Part shown: in pieces, positions 9,756-18,141 of the stretch
Numbering within the stretch: the first letter of the stretch is position 1
Layout: every line of letters begins with the position of its first letter
Origin: Desulfotalea psychrophila LSv54
GTDB lineage: Bacteria; Desulfobacterota; Desulfobulbia; Desulfobulbales; Desulfocapsaceae
DNA length: 32,000 nucleotides
Direction of reading: 5' to 3'
Assembly (NCBI RefSeq): GCF_000025945.1
Contig: NC_006138.1
Coordinates: 180,001-212,000, forward strand
Notes under the pieces: model-generated
The model's database searches: none
What the model saw: the letters and a program-made list of their open reading frames with translations, nothing else
What the model was told of the DNA's origin: nothing
Made by a program: the position numbers and the translations under genes

Positions 9756-10124
9756 GTGTTGAGTATGGATCATAATTTTATCCAGGAAAAACTGCGTGTC
9801 TTTGCTCAAGAGCGTAATTGGGATCAGTTTCATAGTCCCAAAAATCTTGCCATGGCCCTGGCAGGCGAAGCAGGAGAACTCTTAGAAATTTTTCAATGGC
9901 TCACAGAAGATGAATCAAAAAAAGAAAATATCAAGGCGAAGGATAAGCAGTTGGCGGCAGAGGAGCTTGCCGATATACAACTCTACCTCCTGAGGATCGC
10001 TGATAAACTGGATATTAACCTCGAAGAGGCTACCTTCGCTAAATTAGAGAAAAATGCGGAGAAATATCCTATTAGTTTAGCAAAAGATAATGCCATCAAA
10101 TACAATCGGCGCGATGAAAGATGA
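9756..10124 (+). CDS. MazG-like nucleotide pyrophosphohydrolase
   Basis: WDQFHSPKNLAMALAGEAGELLEIFQWLTEDE...EELADIQLYLLRIADKLDINL: metal-binding EExxE and ExxD motifs of the all-alpha NTP-PPase (MazG/RS21-C6) family. Confidence 0.88.
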   Translation: MLSMDHNFIQEKLRVFAQERNWDQFHSPKNLAMALAGEAGELLEIFQWLTEDESKKENIKAKDKQLAAEELADIQLYLLRIADKLDINLEEATFAKLEKNAEKYPISLAKDNAIKYNRRDER

Positions 10125-10370
10125 TCTTATCTTGCAAGCTACGGTAAGCAAGGGCACGCCAGCATTAGAAGAATACTATTCCCACCCTGCTACCCTTGAG
10201 ACTACTCCGTCTCTTTCTGCTGTGGATTCAAAAGCTGGCAAACTGCCCCCCCCCTGAGCCTTTTAATAATTCTTACGAGAAGCGCAATGCCCCATGATAC
10301 CAAAGGGCAGATTAATGACTTAGGGGGGGGAATGCTCATATGGCCTGTTCAAAATGAGATAAGATCAGTT

Positions 10371-10408
10371 GGTTATAATTGTTGAGGCACAAAACATAAC
10401 CAACTGTT
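10371..10408. terminator. Inverted repeat AGTTGGTTAT-N18-ATAACCAACT downstream of the DUF2971 gene
   Basis: 10-bp perfect arms between the two genes. The T run is weak, so function is uncertain. Confidence 0.35.
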
Positions 10409-10440
10409 TTAGTTCCGGTTAAGGACCTTGTTATGCATGT

Positions 10441-11055
10441 TTATTTCACAGCCCTCACTACAATATTCTTTCTATCAAGTCTTGTTTCTAACAGGCTAAT
10501 ATTATTAGACACTGACTTTTTCAATATATCTTTATGAAAATCGGAGGCTCGTACTCCAAAATACACAGCAGTAACGCGCCCTTTAATTGGGTAGTATTCG
10601 TCCTGTCCGATGATTCTGTATTCATTTTCATACCTCCAATGCTCTGTTTTATATGATAGAACTTCATTAGGAGTTGCACCTGCAAGGATGGTTGTCCCAT
10701 GCTTTTTCAAGCCACTATCATAATTCACCTCTGTAACATCAGCCTCATAATCAGAAAACTCAATTTCTATTGCCACACCAGTATGTCCATTTGCATAGTG
10801 TGACCACATCCTTATGTCCTCAAGTGATTTTGATAAGCTACATATTTTCAGATCAGAGTTGAACGTTGGTAGATCATCAATGCTTTTATATTGCCTAACC
10901 CTCTTTTGGTTGCCCCGGGGACTAATTATTGTATAAAAAAGCCCCTCAAGAGGGTCATTTAGAGAATCATAACTAGAACAGTACAGTCTTTGGTTTAATA
11001 GAATATCTAAAACAAACTCTAAGTTATCTAATGATCTGAATTTGTAAAGTTTCAT
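10441..11055 (-). CDS. DUF2971-family protein
   Basis: MKLYKFRSLDNLEFVLDILLNQRLYCSSYDSLNDPLEG... and ICSLSKSLEDIRMWSHYANGHTGVAIEIEF are typical of DUF2971. Confidence 0.7.
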   Translation of the reverse strand: MKLYKFRSLDNLEFVLDILLNQRLYCSSYDSLNDPLEGLFYTIISPRGNQKRVRQYKSIDDLPTFNSDLKICSLSKSLEDIRMWSHYANGHTGVAIEIEFSDYEADVTEVNYDSGLKKHGTTILAGATPNEVLSYKTEHWRYENEYRIIGQDEYYPIKGRVTAVYFGVRASDFHKDILKKSVSNNISLLETRLDRKNIVVRAVK

Positions 11056-11669
11056 CTACGCCTCGTGATAAATGCATAACAAGTTATTATCCGGTTTCCT
11101 GATATCATCGCAAAACACAATTTGACAACGCTTTTTCATCCATGACACCCAGTTTTTAACTGGATATCTCCTACATAATCCAGATCCCTTCCAGCCTTAC
11201 CGATCAACTTACAGCACTCCAACCTAAACGCCCACGGCTACTCCCCCTTACAAAGGGGTGTATTGACGATCTCCAATCATCTTCCTACACTATTTCTTTG
11301 TTATGAGCAATGATTAAGGATTGTTAGATGTACGTGTTGGGGGCCTATGAGTGGTTATCGGAAATTCTGCAGAGCAACATTGGACAATGGCGAAAAAGAG
11401 AGGCACAGGCGCTAGCAGGATTGAAATATAGGAAAGAGTTGTGCTGGTGACAGCTTATTGAATGAGGCCAGCGTGGTGAAGAAAAGAGTATGGGAGCAAG
11501 CAGGGTGCTGTGCTGCAGGTAGAGATGCCGATAAAGCGCATGATTCTTCACACGGAGGAGACACAGGGCGCCCAAACGGTGTAGGCCGCTCACGGGGCCT
11601 CTCCGAGCTAACAGAACTGGCTTTTAAACTTTTGCTGCTTGCTGAAGGAGAGGGAATCTACAGAAGCGG

Positions 11670-11799
11670 GTATCTAGCTCCAGAGGAGATGAAACAGGGG
11701 ATTGGTGGCACAGGAGGGTGAAAATTCTTGTCTGCCCTTGAGTGGGGCGGGGATCGCTGCTCGAAACATTCCTTCAATCTGCTTACATAGTAGTTACAC
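11670..11799. repeat. ~130-bp sequence homologous to 24686-24815 (element-end signature, left copy)
   Basis: GTATCTAGCTCCAGAGGAGATGAAACAGGGGATTGGTGGCACAGGAGG...GGGCGGGGATCGCTGCTCGAAACATT...CAATCTGCTTACATAGTAGTTACAC. Confidence 0.85.
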
Positions 11800-11883
11800 A
11801 GCCACATTGCCACATTGCCTACCAGTTCACAGGACAAAAAAAAAGGTCAATATCACTCAAAGAGTAATATTGACCTTTCTAAT

Positions 11884-11935
11884 TTGGTGGCGATACAGGG
11901 AATCGAACCCCGGACACTACGGATATGAGCCGTAT
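11884..11935 (-). repeat. attL-like direct repeat: 3' fragment of tRNA-Met (52 bp)
   Basis: TTGGTGGCGATACAGGGAATCGAACCCCGGACACTACGGATATGAGCCGTAT is identical to 24873-24924, the 3' portion of the intact tRNA-Met, then diverges. Confidence 0.93.
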
Positions 11936-12108
11936 CGTATGCTGTTTTGATTAACATTGATTAATATTGATTTAACACCTAATTTCAGGTATAAATACAG
12001 AATCGACACATACAAATCAACATCTACAAATTGATTAATATTGACCAAATTTGCTTACATAGTGCTTACACAGTGCTTACACGGTGTCTAGCTCCAGAGG
12101 AACCGGCC

Positions 12109-13428
12109 ATGCCACGATTGACATTAAATAGAATTAGAAACGCTAAGCTCCCACCTAATAAAAAACAGATTTTTCTCTGGGATGAAGATGCCAAGGGCCT
12201 GGGGGTACGTATCACTGGAAGCGCAAAAGTGTTCATCTTCCAAAGTCGCATGCTGATGCCTGATAAAAATGGCATCCTGAAACCATCTACTTTCAGAATA
12301 AAGATAGGCGGATGTGATTCAGTCCTCCTGGAAGATGCACGCAATGTGGCCAGGCGTTATGCGGCACAAGTGGCCGAGGGGATAGATCCACGCCAAGCAC
12401 GTCAACGGACTGCTGAGAACGAAGCCACGGAGAGACAAGAAAGGAAACGACAAGATGTGACTATTGGCAAAGCATGGCCAACCTACATGGAAGAACGTCG
12501 CCCAAACTGGTCAACAAAATACTACTCCGACCATGAGCGCATTATCTCTCCAGGCGGCAAACAGAAAAAGAGAGGCAAAGGCCTGACTGTAGCGGGCCCC
12601 TTAGCCAGTATTGCCAACCTACCTCTTTCAAGTGTGACAGCCGATTCTATAAAAAAATGGTTGGCAGATGAACAGCCCAAGCGCCCGACAGAAACCAGAC
12701 GAGCTTTTGAAATGCTTCGAACCTTCCTGAATTGGTGCGAAGCTGACAAACGCTACCACGGCCTTGCTCCCCCTAATGCATGCTCTGCCAAAATCAAGAA
12801 AGACAACTTGACTAAAAAGAACTCACGGGACGACGCCCTGCAACGAGAGCAGCTTTCTGTCTGGTTTGCTTCAGTACGGCGCTATGAAAATAAAGTTCTA
12901 TCAGCATACGTCCAAATGCTCTTCCTTATAGGTGCCAGACGTGAGGAGCTGCTTTCACTTAAATGGTCTGACGTAGACTTCCGCTGGAAAAAAGTACACA
13001 TCCTTGGCAAAGGCGCTGTGCCGAGAGACCTTCCACTAACCCCATATGTTGCAGCCCTATTATCCAAACTGCCTCGACGTAATGAGTGGGTTTTTTCCTC
13101 AACGCGTGGGAAAGAAGGCCGCCTACAAAGCCCCACCAAAGCTTTTCAAAAGATGATGAGCAGGGCTGAGATTGACGACATTACTCTACATGGGTTACGC
13201 CGATCCTTCTCCACCTTGTCGGAGTGGTTGGAAACGCCGGTTGGGATCGTCTACCAGATCCAAGGGCACGAACCATCAGCCACAGCAGAAAAACATTACA
13301 AGAAGCGACCTGTTGACCTGCTCCGCAAATGGCACATCAAGATTGAAGCCTGGATATTGGAAGAGGCTGGAGTTGAAGTGCCTGGAGCGGATCAAGAAAC
13401 AGGTTTTCGATTAGTAAAAATCGTTTAA
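12109..13428 (+). CDS. int: Tyrosine recombinase/integrase, P4-type with N-terminal DUF4102-like arm-binding domain
   Basis: DEDAKGLGVRITGSAKVFIFQ..., MLFLIGARREELLSLKWSDVDF, DITLHGLRRSFSTLSE, GHEPSATAEKHYKK (R...HxLRR...H...Y). The ORF is open from 12031; the preferred start is the ATG near 12109. Confidence 0.93.
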   Translation: MPRLTLNRIRNAKLPPNKKQIFLWDEDAKGLGVRITGSAKVFIFQSRMLMPDKNGILKPSTFRIKIGGCDSVLLEDARNVARRYAAQVAEGIDPRQARQRTAENEATERQERKRQDVTIGKAWPTYMEERRPNWSTKYYSDHERIISPGGKQKKRGKGLTVAGPLASIANLPLSSVTADSIKKWLADEQPKRPTETRRAFEMLRTFLNWCEADKRYHGLAPPNACSAKIKKDNLTKKNSRDDALQREQLSVWFASVRRYENKVLSAYVQMLFLIGARREELLSLKWSDVDFRWKKVHILGKGAVPRDLPLTPYVAALLSKLPRRNEWVFSSTRGKEGRLQSPTKAFQKMMSRAEIDDITLHGLRRSFSTLSEWLETPVGIVYQIQGHEPSATAEKHYKKRPVDLLRKWHIKIEAWILEEAGVEVPGADQETGFRLVKIV

Positions 13429-13442
13429 GAGGAGATAGGGAT

Positions 13443-14132
13443 ATGAAGTGGATGCCCGTTGTTTCAGAGATTCCTTGGCCAGATGATAACGGAGAAGTGA
13501 TCGGTACGAGGAAGTATATAAGCTGTTATTTTGCTCATTTTTCCGATGATGAAGAGAAAAGGATCTTCAATATCTTAGAGAAATATCCGGTTAGTGAAGT
13601 CAACTTATTCACAAGTATGCTTGCCAAGATATGTACTGATTACGGCGTATTTTTAAAACAGAAAAGAGACCATCAAATACGGAAAGAGATCGACGATAAG
13701 CTCCCGATACTGGAAAAAGCGCACAGTCAGTTAAAATTGCTACAAAAACAAGGACTACCTATAGAACACATAAAATCAGTTCCAGGGGTTTGCCACAGTG
13801 AAGAAGAAAAATCACGACATTATGCTGACAAACATATCAACAAAAAGGCATACTGCGACCTCCCCGTGTGTGCCCGCCGCGCAGAGGAGGCACTGGAGTC
13901 TCTTCTAGGGGTACTGCGAGATCTTCAGCCCGATAAGCCTGGACGTGGCAGAGTAGAAACAGAAGGGGGGTTTGCGCAAGCTATTGCAGACGCTTTTGCA
14001 GAAGTATTCAATAAAAAACCATCGACATGGAGAGAAGGGGTTCTTAGCCAGATATTGGCAATTTGCCTCGAAGGGTTAGGAATTCCACACGAGAATCCAG
14101 AACGGCGCTTAAAAAACCTCGTACATAAATAG
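13443..14132 (+). CDS. Hypothetical element-encoded protein (229 aa)
   Basis: Strong GGAGATAG RBS, 12 nt after the int stop; no family recognised. Confidence 0.75.
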   Translation: MKWMPVVSEIPWPDDNGEVIGTRKYISCYFAHFSDDEEKRIFNILEKYPVSEVNLFTSMLAKICTDYGVFLKQKRDHQIRKEIDDKLPILEKAHSQLKLLQKQGLPIEHIKSVPGVCHSEEEKSRHYADKHINKKAYCDLPVCARRAEEALESLLGVLRDLQPDKPGRGRVETEGGFAQAIADAFAEVFNKKPSTWREGVLSQILAICLEGLGIPHENPERRLKNLVHK

Positions 14133-14242
14133 CCTTTTTTTCTTTATTAATGTCTCCTGTATTCCCCACTCATTGCAAGTAATCATACCTCATAACAATG
14201 GCAAATCGTGAATAACCACGAGCCAAAATTATGAGGTAAGCC

Positions 14243-14431
14243 ATGAAGAAAGCATCCTGCTCTAAGCAATTCATTACCACCAACAAATTTTCTGAAATCT
14301 TCGGAGTGAAACCTGATACAGTTCGCAGGAACCTTTGCACCAAAGGTCATTTCTTAGGTATGAAGCCATTAAAGCTGGCAAACGGGCGCTTACTTTGGCC
14401 AGCAATCACCCCCGATCAACTAAAAGGGTGA
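14243..14431 (+). CDS. Small helix-turn-helix DNA-binding protein (AlpA/excisionase-like size and position)
   Basis: TTNKFSEIFGVKPDTVRRNLCTKGHFLGMKPLKLANGRLLWP: HTH/winged-helix excisionase-like pattern, upstream of the replication genes. Confidence 0.6.
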   Translation: MKKASCSKQFITTNKFSEIFGVKPDTVRRNLCTKGHFLGMKPLKLANGRLLWPAITPDQLKG

Positions 14432-14435
14432 TTTC

Positions 14436-15353
14436 ATGAATACCAAAAGAAAAGCGGTCCCTCCCCAAAAGGTTGGCGCCATGGGAGAAACCGCTTCAAA
14501 TCAACAAGCCAAGTATAGTTCTTTTCCTGACAATCAGCAAGGACCGACCGACAATCCTGCAGCCAGTCAGCGGCAACGTATTTTTCCCCACCCGAAAGCA
14601 GACGAGCCGACGACAGACATTGCTTTCACAATCATCACCAACCACGACGGCCCACTGACAAAGACGATCCGGCCAGATGGCCAAGGCGGGATCATCAAGA
14701 AGCCTGCTGCAAATCTCGTCAGAGGTGTAACGAAAAGGGTTACCATGCCCTTTAGGAAGTTTGGCCCTTTTCTGCGGACATTGCAGAATAATCAGGCCCT
14801 CTGCCACGGCGTCAGTGATTATCCCCAAGCCAACATTACCTCAAGAGCCAAGTTTAACGGGGAGCCGGACACAATCACAAGGACATCGGAATATTTCCAC
14901 TATCCAACAGGTGCCGGTATCGGCATGTTCGACCACGACCCGAAACCTGGGCAGAAAACGTTGAGCGCAGATGAGTTGCTTGACATTATATATAGTGTCT
15001 GCCCTGATTTTCGCCGCCTGTCGACATGGTGGACGCCGTCAACGAGTTCCTGCATTTTTGATAACAACAAAAATGAGCTGACGGGAATTGGAGCCGGTTT
15101 CCACCTGTACTTCCCGTTTGAGCCTGCAGATAAATTACCGGAATTTGCTGACTGGCTGTCCAGGCAACTTTGGTTAGCAGGCCACGGCCACATCTTTATT
15201 AGCCGAACCGGTTCACTACTTACCCGGACCGTCTTCGATCTGACAGTTTTCTCCCCGGAACGATTGGATTTCGTAGCCGGGGCCGACTGTATTGACTGCA
15301 ATCAACGGTTGCCGGAACCTGTGTACCGCAAAGGATTGGAGGTGTGGGCATGA
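14436..15353 (+). CDS. Element replication protein, putative primase-like partner of the downstream helicase
   Basis: 305 aa. FGPFLRTLQNNQALCHGVSDYP...PDFRRLSTWWTPSTSSCIF...GAGFHLYFPFEPADKL...LDFVAGADCIDCNQRLPEPVYRKGLEVW. Coupled to the downstream D5-type helicase gene. Confidence 0.55.
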   Translation: MNTKRKAVPPQKVGAMGETASNQQAKYSSFPDNQQGPTDNPAASQRQRIFPHPKADEPTTDIAFTIITNHDGPLTKTIRPDGQGGIIKKPAANLVRGVTKRVTMPFRKFGPFLRTLQNNQALCHGVSDYPQANITSRAKFNGEPDTITRTSEYFHYPTGAGIGMFDHDPKPGQKTLSADELLDIIYSVCPDFRRLSTWWTPSTSSCIFDNNKNELTGIGAGFHLYFPFEPADKLPEFADWLSRQLWLAGHGHIFISRTGSLLTRTVFDLTVFSPERLDFVAGADCIDCNQRLPEPVYRKGLEVWA

Positions 15354-17302
15354 TAGAGTTTACACCGCTAACTGAAGCGCAAAACATGCTGTATGAGGCC
15401 ACCGTTTCGGTTGCGAAAGAAGAAGTCCACGCGGAAGCTGACAGAATCAGACAACAGTACATGTCAGTTGAAGCTATCAAGCTGGCAGAGAAAACTGGTG
15501 TCGATGTTGAGCATGCTGAAGAGACTGTCCGCTTGCGATGTAACGGACACTTGAGCCCAGAGGATATCATTTATTTCCAGAACGGTAGCACGGCCACGGT
15601 GGAAGAAATGCTTGCGGACAGAAGCAAATATGACGGCACGCCCTGTGCTGACCCGCTTGAACGTGAAGAAGGGTTGAATCGGGCAATGTTCTACGCCAAC
15701 GCTGATACCGGCAAGCCACTCATCCACTCTTTCCTTCATGGTGGCCAGATACACCACTTGACCGGCCGACAGGAAGAGCCGGTGGAAGAACATGCACCAT
15801 CCTTTAGCGAACTGCTTGAACGCGCAGCTACCCTGAAGGCAGGAGATACAAAGGGCATGAAAGATATTCTCGAACTTGCGACAGCCCTAGACTCAATCGA
15901 GGAACAGGAACTTTTGCGCAAAATCAAGAAAAACACAGGGATGCCCCTGCAGGCCATGCGCTCGTACACACGCAAGGGTCAAGTGGATTCCAAGGATTTG
16001 GATCACCTCGATATCGCACGTAAGCTCCTGGAAGAGATCGGTAAAGAGAACGTACTGAACTGCGAGGATGGAGTTTTTATATGGCGAGAAAAAGGAGTAT
16101 GGGAGCCGATGAGAAAAGGCGAACTTAAGCACCGATTGCAGAAACTGATAGAGGGGAAGATGCGGGTTATGTCTCAGTGGGTTGTGGGGGCAACAGAGGT
16201 GTTCACAAATGACGTGTATCGGGCGAATCATGAATTCAATATTGGTGATCCGAATGTCATTAACTGCCTTAACGGGGAACTGCACCTAAATCACAAAACC
16301 GGTTCGTGGGAGCCGAAGTCTCATGATAAGCTGGCCTATCGGACTAGTCAGATTCCTGTCGAGTTTGACCCTACTGCAACTGCACCACGATTTAAACAGT
16401 TCTTGAATGAGATATTCGAAACTGATGAGGATAGCCAAGACAAGACAAGAGCGCTGCTGGAAATGTGTGGTTACACGATGGTGGCCCACTGCTCGTATGA
16501 ACTGTTCGTCATCCTTATAGGTACTGGCGCGAACGGTAAAAGCGTTTTTCTTTCGCTACTAGAGGCCATTGTCGGGCCGAAAAACACAGTAGGGGTTCAG
16601 CCAAGCCAGTTCGACAACCGGTTTCAGCGAGGGCACATGCGCCATAAACTCGCCAATATCGTGACGGAGATCAAGCAAGGCGAGGTCATTGCCGATGCAG
16701 AGCTAAAAGGGATTGTCTCAGGTGAACCGTCGACGGTCGAGAACAAATTCAAAGACCCTTTCACCATGCGGCCCCATGTAACGTGTTGGTTTGCGACAAA
16801 TCATATGCCACATACCCGTGACTTTTCGGAGGCGCTGTTCAGGCGCGCCTTGATCCTGAAATTCAACCGCGTCTTCTCAGACGAGGAAAAGAACCCGAAG
16901 CTCAAGGATGAATTGTTTGCAGAATTGCCAGGCATCCTGAATCTGGCTCTCCATGCTTACGCTAATGCTGTTTTGAATGGTTTTACAAAGCCTGACAGCA
17001 GTGAACAGGCGAAAGAAGAATGGCGACTTGAAGCAGATCAGGTTCAGCAGTTCGTTGAGGATTGCTGTGAAAAATCGCCTTACGAGGAAATTGAGTCTTC
17101 AACGCTATTCAGAGCATATCGATCATGGGCAGAGACGAACGGTATACGAAAAATGTTGAGCCAAAAGAGTTTCAGAGACAGGCTCACACGCCTTGGATTT
17201 GGCAGCAAACGGAATAAACAGGCTAGGCTTGTCACAGGGATTGCCATGGCCAACAATTTCCCTGGTAGTGCTGCCGATCTGTTGGGGGAACTTCTCTCTT
17301 GA
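15350..17302 (+). CDS. Phage/plasmid primase-helicase, P4/D5 family (SF3 helicase)
   Basis: INCLNGELHLNHKTGSWEPKSHDKLAYRTSQIPVEFDP, FVILIGTGANGKSVFLSLLEAIVG (Walker A), IVTEIKQGEVIADAELKGIVSGEPSTVENKFKDPFTMRPHVTCWFATNHMPH. Confidence 0.92.
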   Translation: MIEFTPLTEAQNMLYEATVSVAKEEVHAEADRIRQQYMSVEAIKLAEKTGVDVEHAEETVRLRCNGHLSPEDIIYFQNGSTATVEEMLADRSKYDGTPCADPLEREEGLNRAMFYANADTGKPLIHSFLHGGQIHHLTGRQEEPVEEHAPSFSELLERAATLKAGDTKGMKDILELATALDSIEEQELLRKIKKNTGMPLQAMRSYTRKGQVDSKDLDHLDIARKLLEEIGKENVLNCEDGVFIWREKGVWEPMRKGELKHRLQKLIEGKMRVMSQWVVGATEVFTNDVYRANHEFNIGDPNVINCLNGELHLNHKTGSWEPKSHDKLAYRTSQIPVEFDPTATAPRFKQFLNEIFETDEDSQDKTRALLEMCGYTMVAHCSYELFVILIGTGANGKSVFLSLLEAIVGPKNTVGVQPSQFDNRFQRGHMRHKLANIVTEIKQGEVIADAELKGIVSGEPSTVENKFKDPFTMRPHVTCWFATNHMPHTRDFSEALFRRALILKFNRVFSDEEKNPKLKDELFAELPGILNLALHAYANAVLNGFTKPDSSEQAKEEWRLEADQVQQFVEDCCEKSPYEEIESSTLFRAYRSWAETNGIRKMLSQKSFRDRLTRLGFGSKRNKQARLVTGIAMANNFPGSAADLLGELLS

Positions 17303-17414
17303 TGAACGCGTATTGACTTCGTCATATAGACCTGGGTTACTGAAATGGTCCCCATTATTATACGACTGAGCTTTCCCACATTTGGGCATCAGCACCATTT
17401 CCCTTCCTATTTAC

Positions 17415-17592
17415 GGGTGGGCACATGGTGATGGGTGACGGGTGGTGACGGGTGGTGACGGGTTTTTCCACATTACCCAACTTTCAGAAAAAATAAAGTT
17501 CAGTAATTCAAAATCTTCTTTTTCTCATAAATATATCCATGTTATAAAAAGCGTCACCATCCGTCACCACATGGGAAGCATTCTCACCACGA
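17415..17592. repeat. GGTGA-class iterons in both orientations around an AT-rich tract; candidate replication origin
   Basis: ATGGTGATGGGTGACGGGTGGTGACGGGTGGTGACGGG on one side, about 75 nt of A/T-rich DNA, then GCGTCACCATCCGTCACCAC...TCTCACCAC, directly 3' of the primase-helicase gene. Confidence 0.5.
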
Positions 17593-17769
17593 CACATATA
17601 GAAAGCACAAAATGACATAAGAGTAAGGGGATATACAATACTATAGCCTGAGCTTCCCTACTCTCCTTTACTCACTTGTCCTGGTGGAAGGGGGGGGGTA
17701 AAAGTTTGGGGCTTAATTACCTAAGACCGGGATTGCCCTCTAACGTTAACACTAACTCTGAATAATCCA

Positions 17770-18048
17770 CGACAACAACCTTCAGGAATCGTTGTGCGCG
17801 CGCGAGGCGAATTGAAGTTTTCCGGGTAGTGCTTGACGCCTCTTTATGGATTTTAAGCAAGGCCGAAGAAAAGCACAGGACCCCCCATCAAAGGTCACTG
17901 GCTGAAACGGCGATGTATCGCTACAAGCAGTTGATCAGCGACAAACTGAACCTTCGCGAATACAACGGCCAAACAGGTAAGTCAGCTTGCGTCCAAGGCT
18001 TTGAACAAAATCAATGCTTTCGGAATACCTGTTCGAGAGGTTTTTTAG
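17770..18048 (+). pseudogene. Degenerate 3' remnant of an IS5-like transposase
   Basis: HQRSLAETAMYRYKQLISDKLNLREYNGQTG in one frame continues as VSQLASKALNKINAFGIPVREVF* in another frame. This resembles the C-terminal end of IS5-family transposases and is frameshifted. Confidence 0.65.
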
Positions 18049-18141
18049 TAAAATGGAATGGAGCAGAGAGGAACTGATTTTCTTCTCTCATGATTTATGC
18101 AACAAGGCCCCAACCTACTCCAATTTCACCCTTACCAAGAT

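Noticed and set aside
11884-11935. A second functional tRNA gene at the left boundary
   Set aside because: Only the 3' ~50 nt match tRNA-Met. The 5' half (D arm and acceptor strand) is absent, so it is an att fragment.
11345-11950. Small ORFs around the left tRNA fragment (for example 11345..11593 and 11702..11950)
   Set aside because: They span the repeat and tRNA fragment sequences, have low-complexity translations and lack a convincing RBS.
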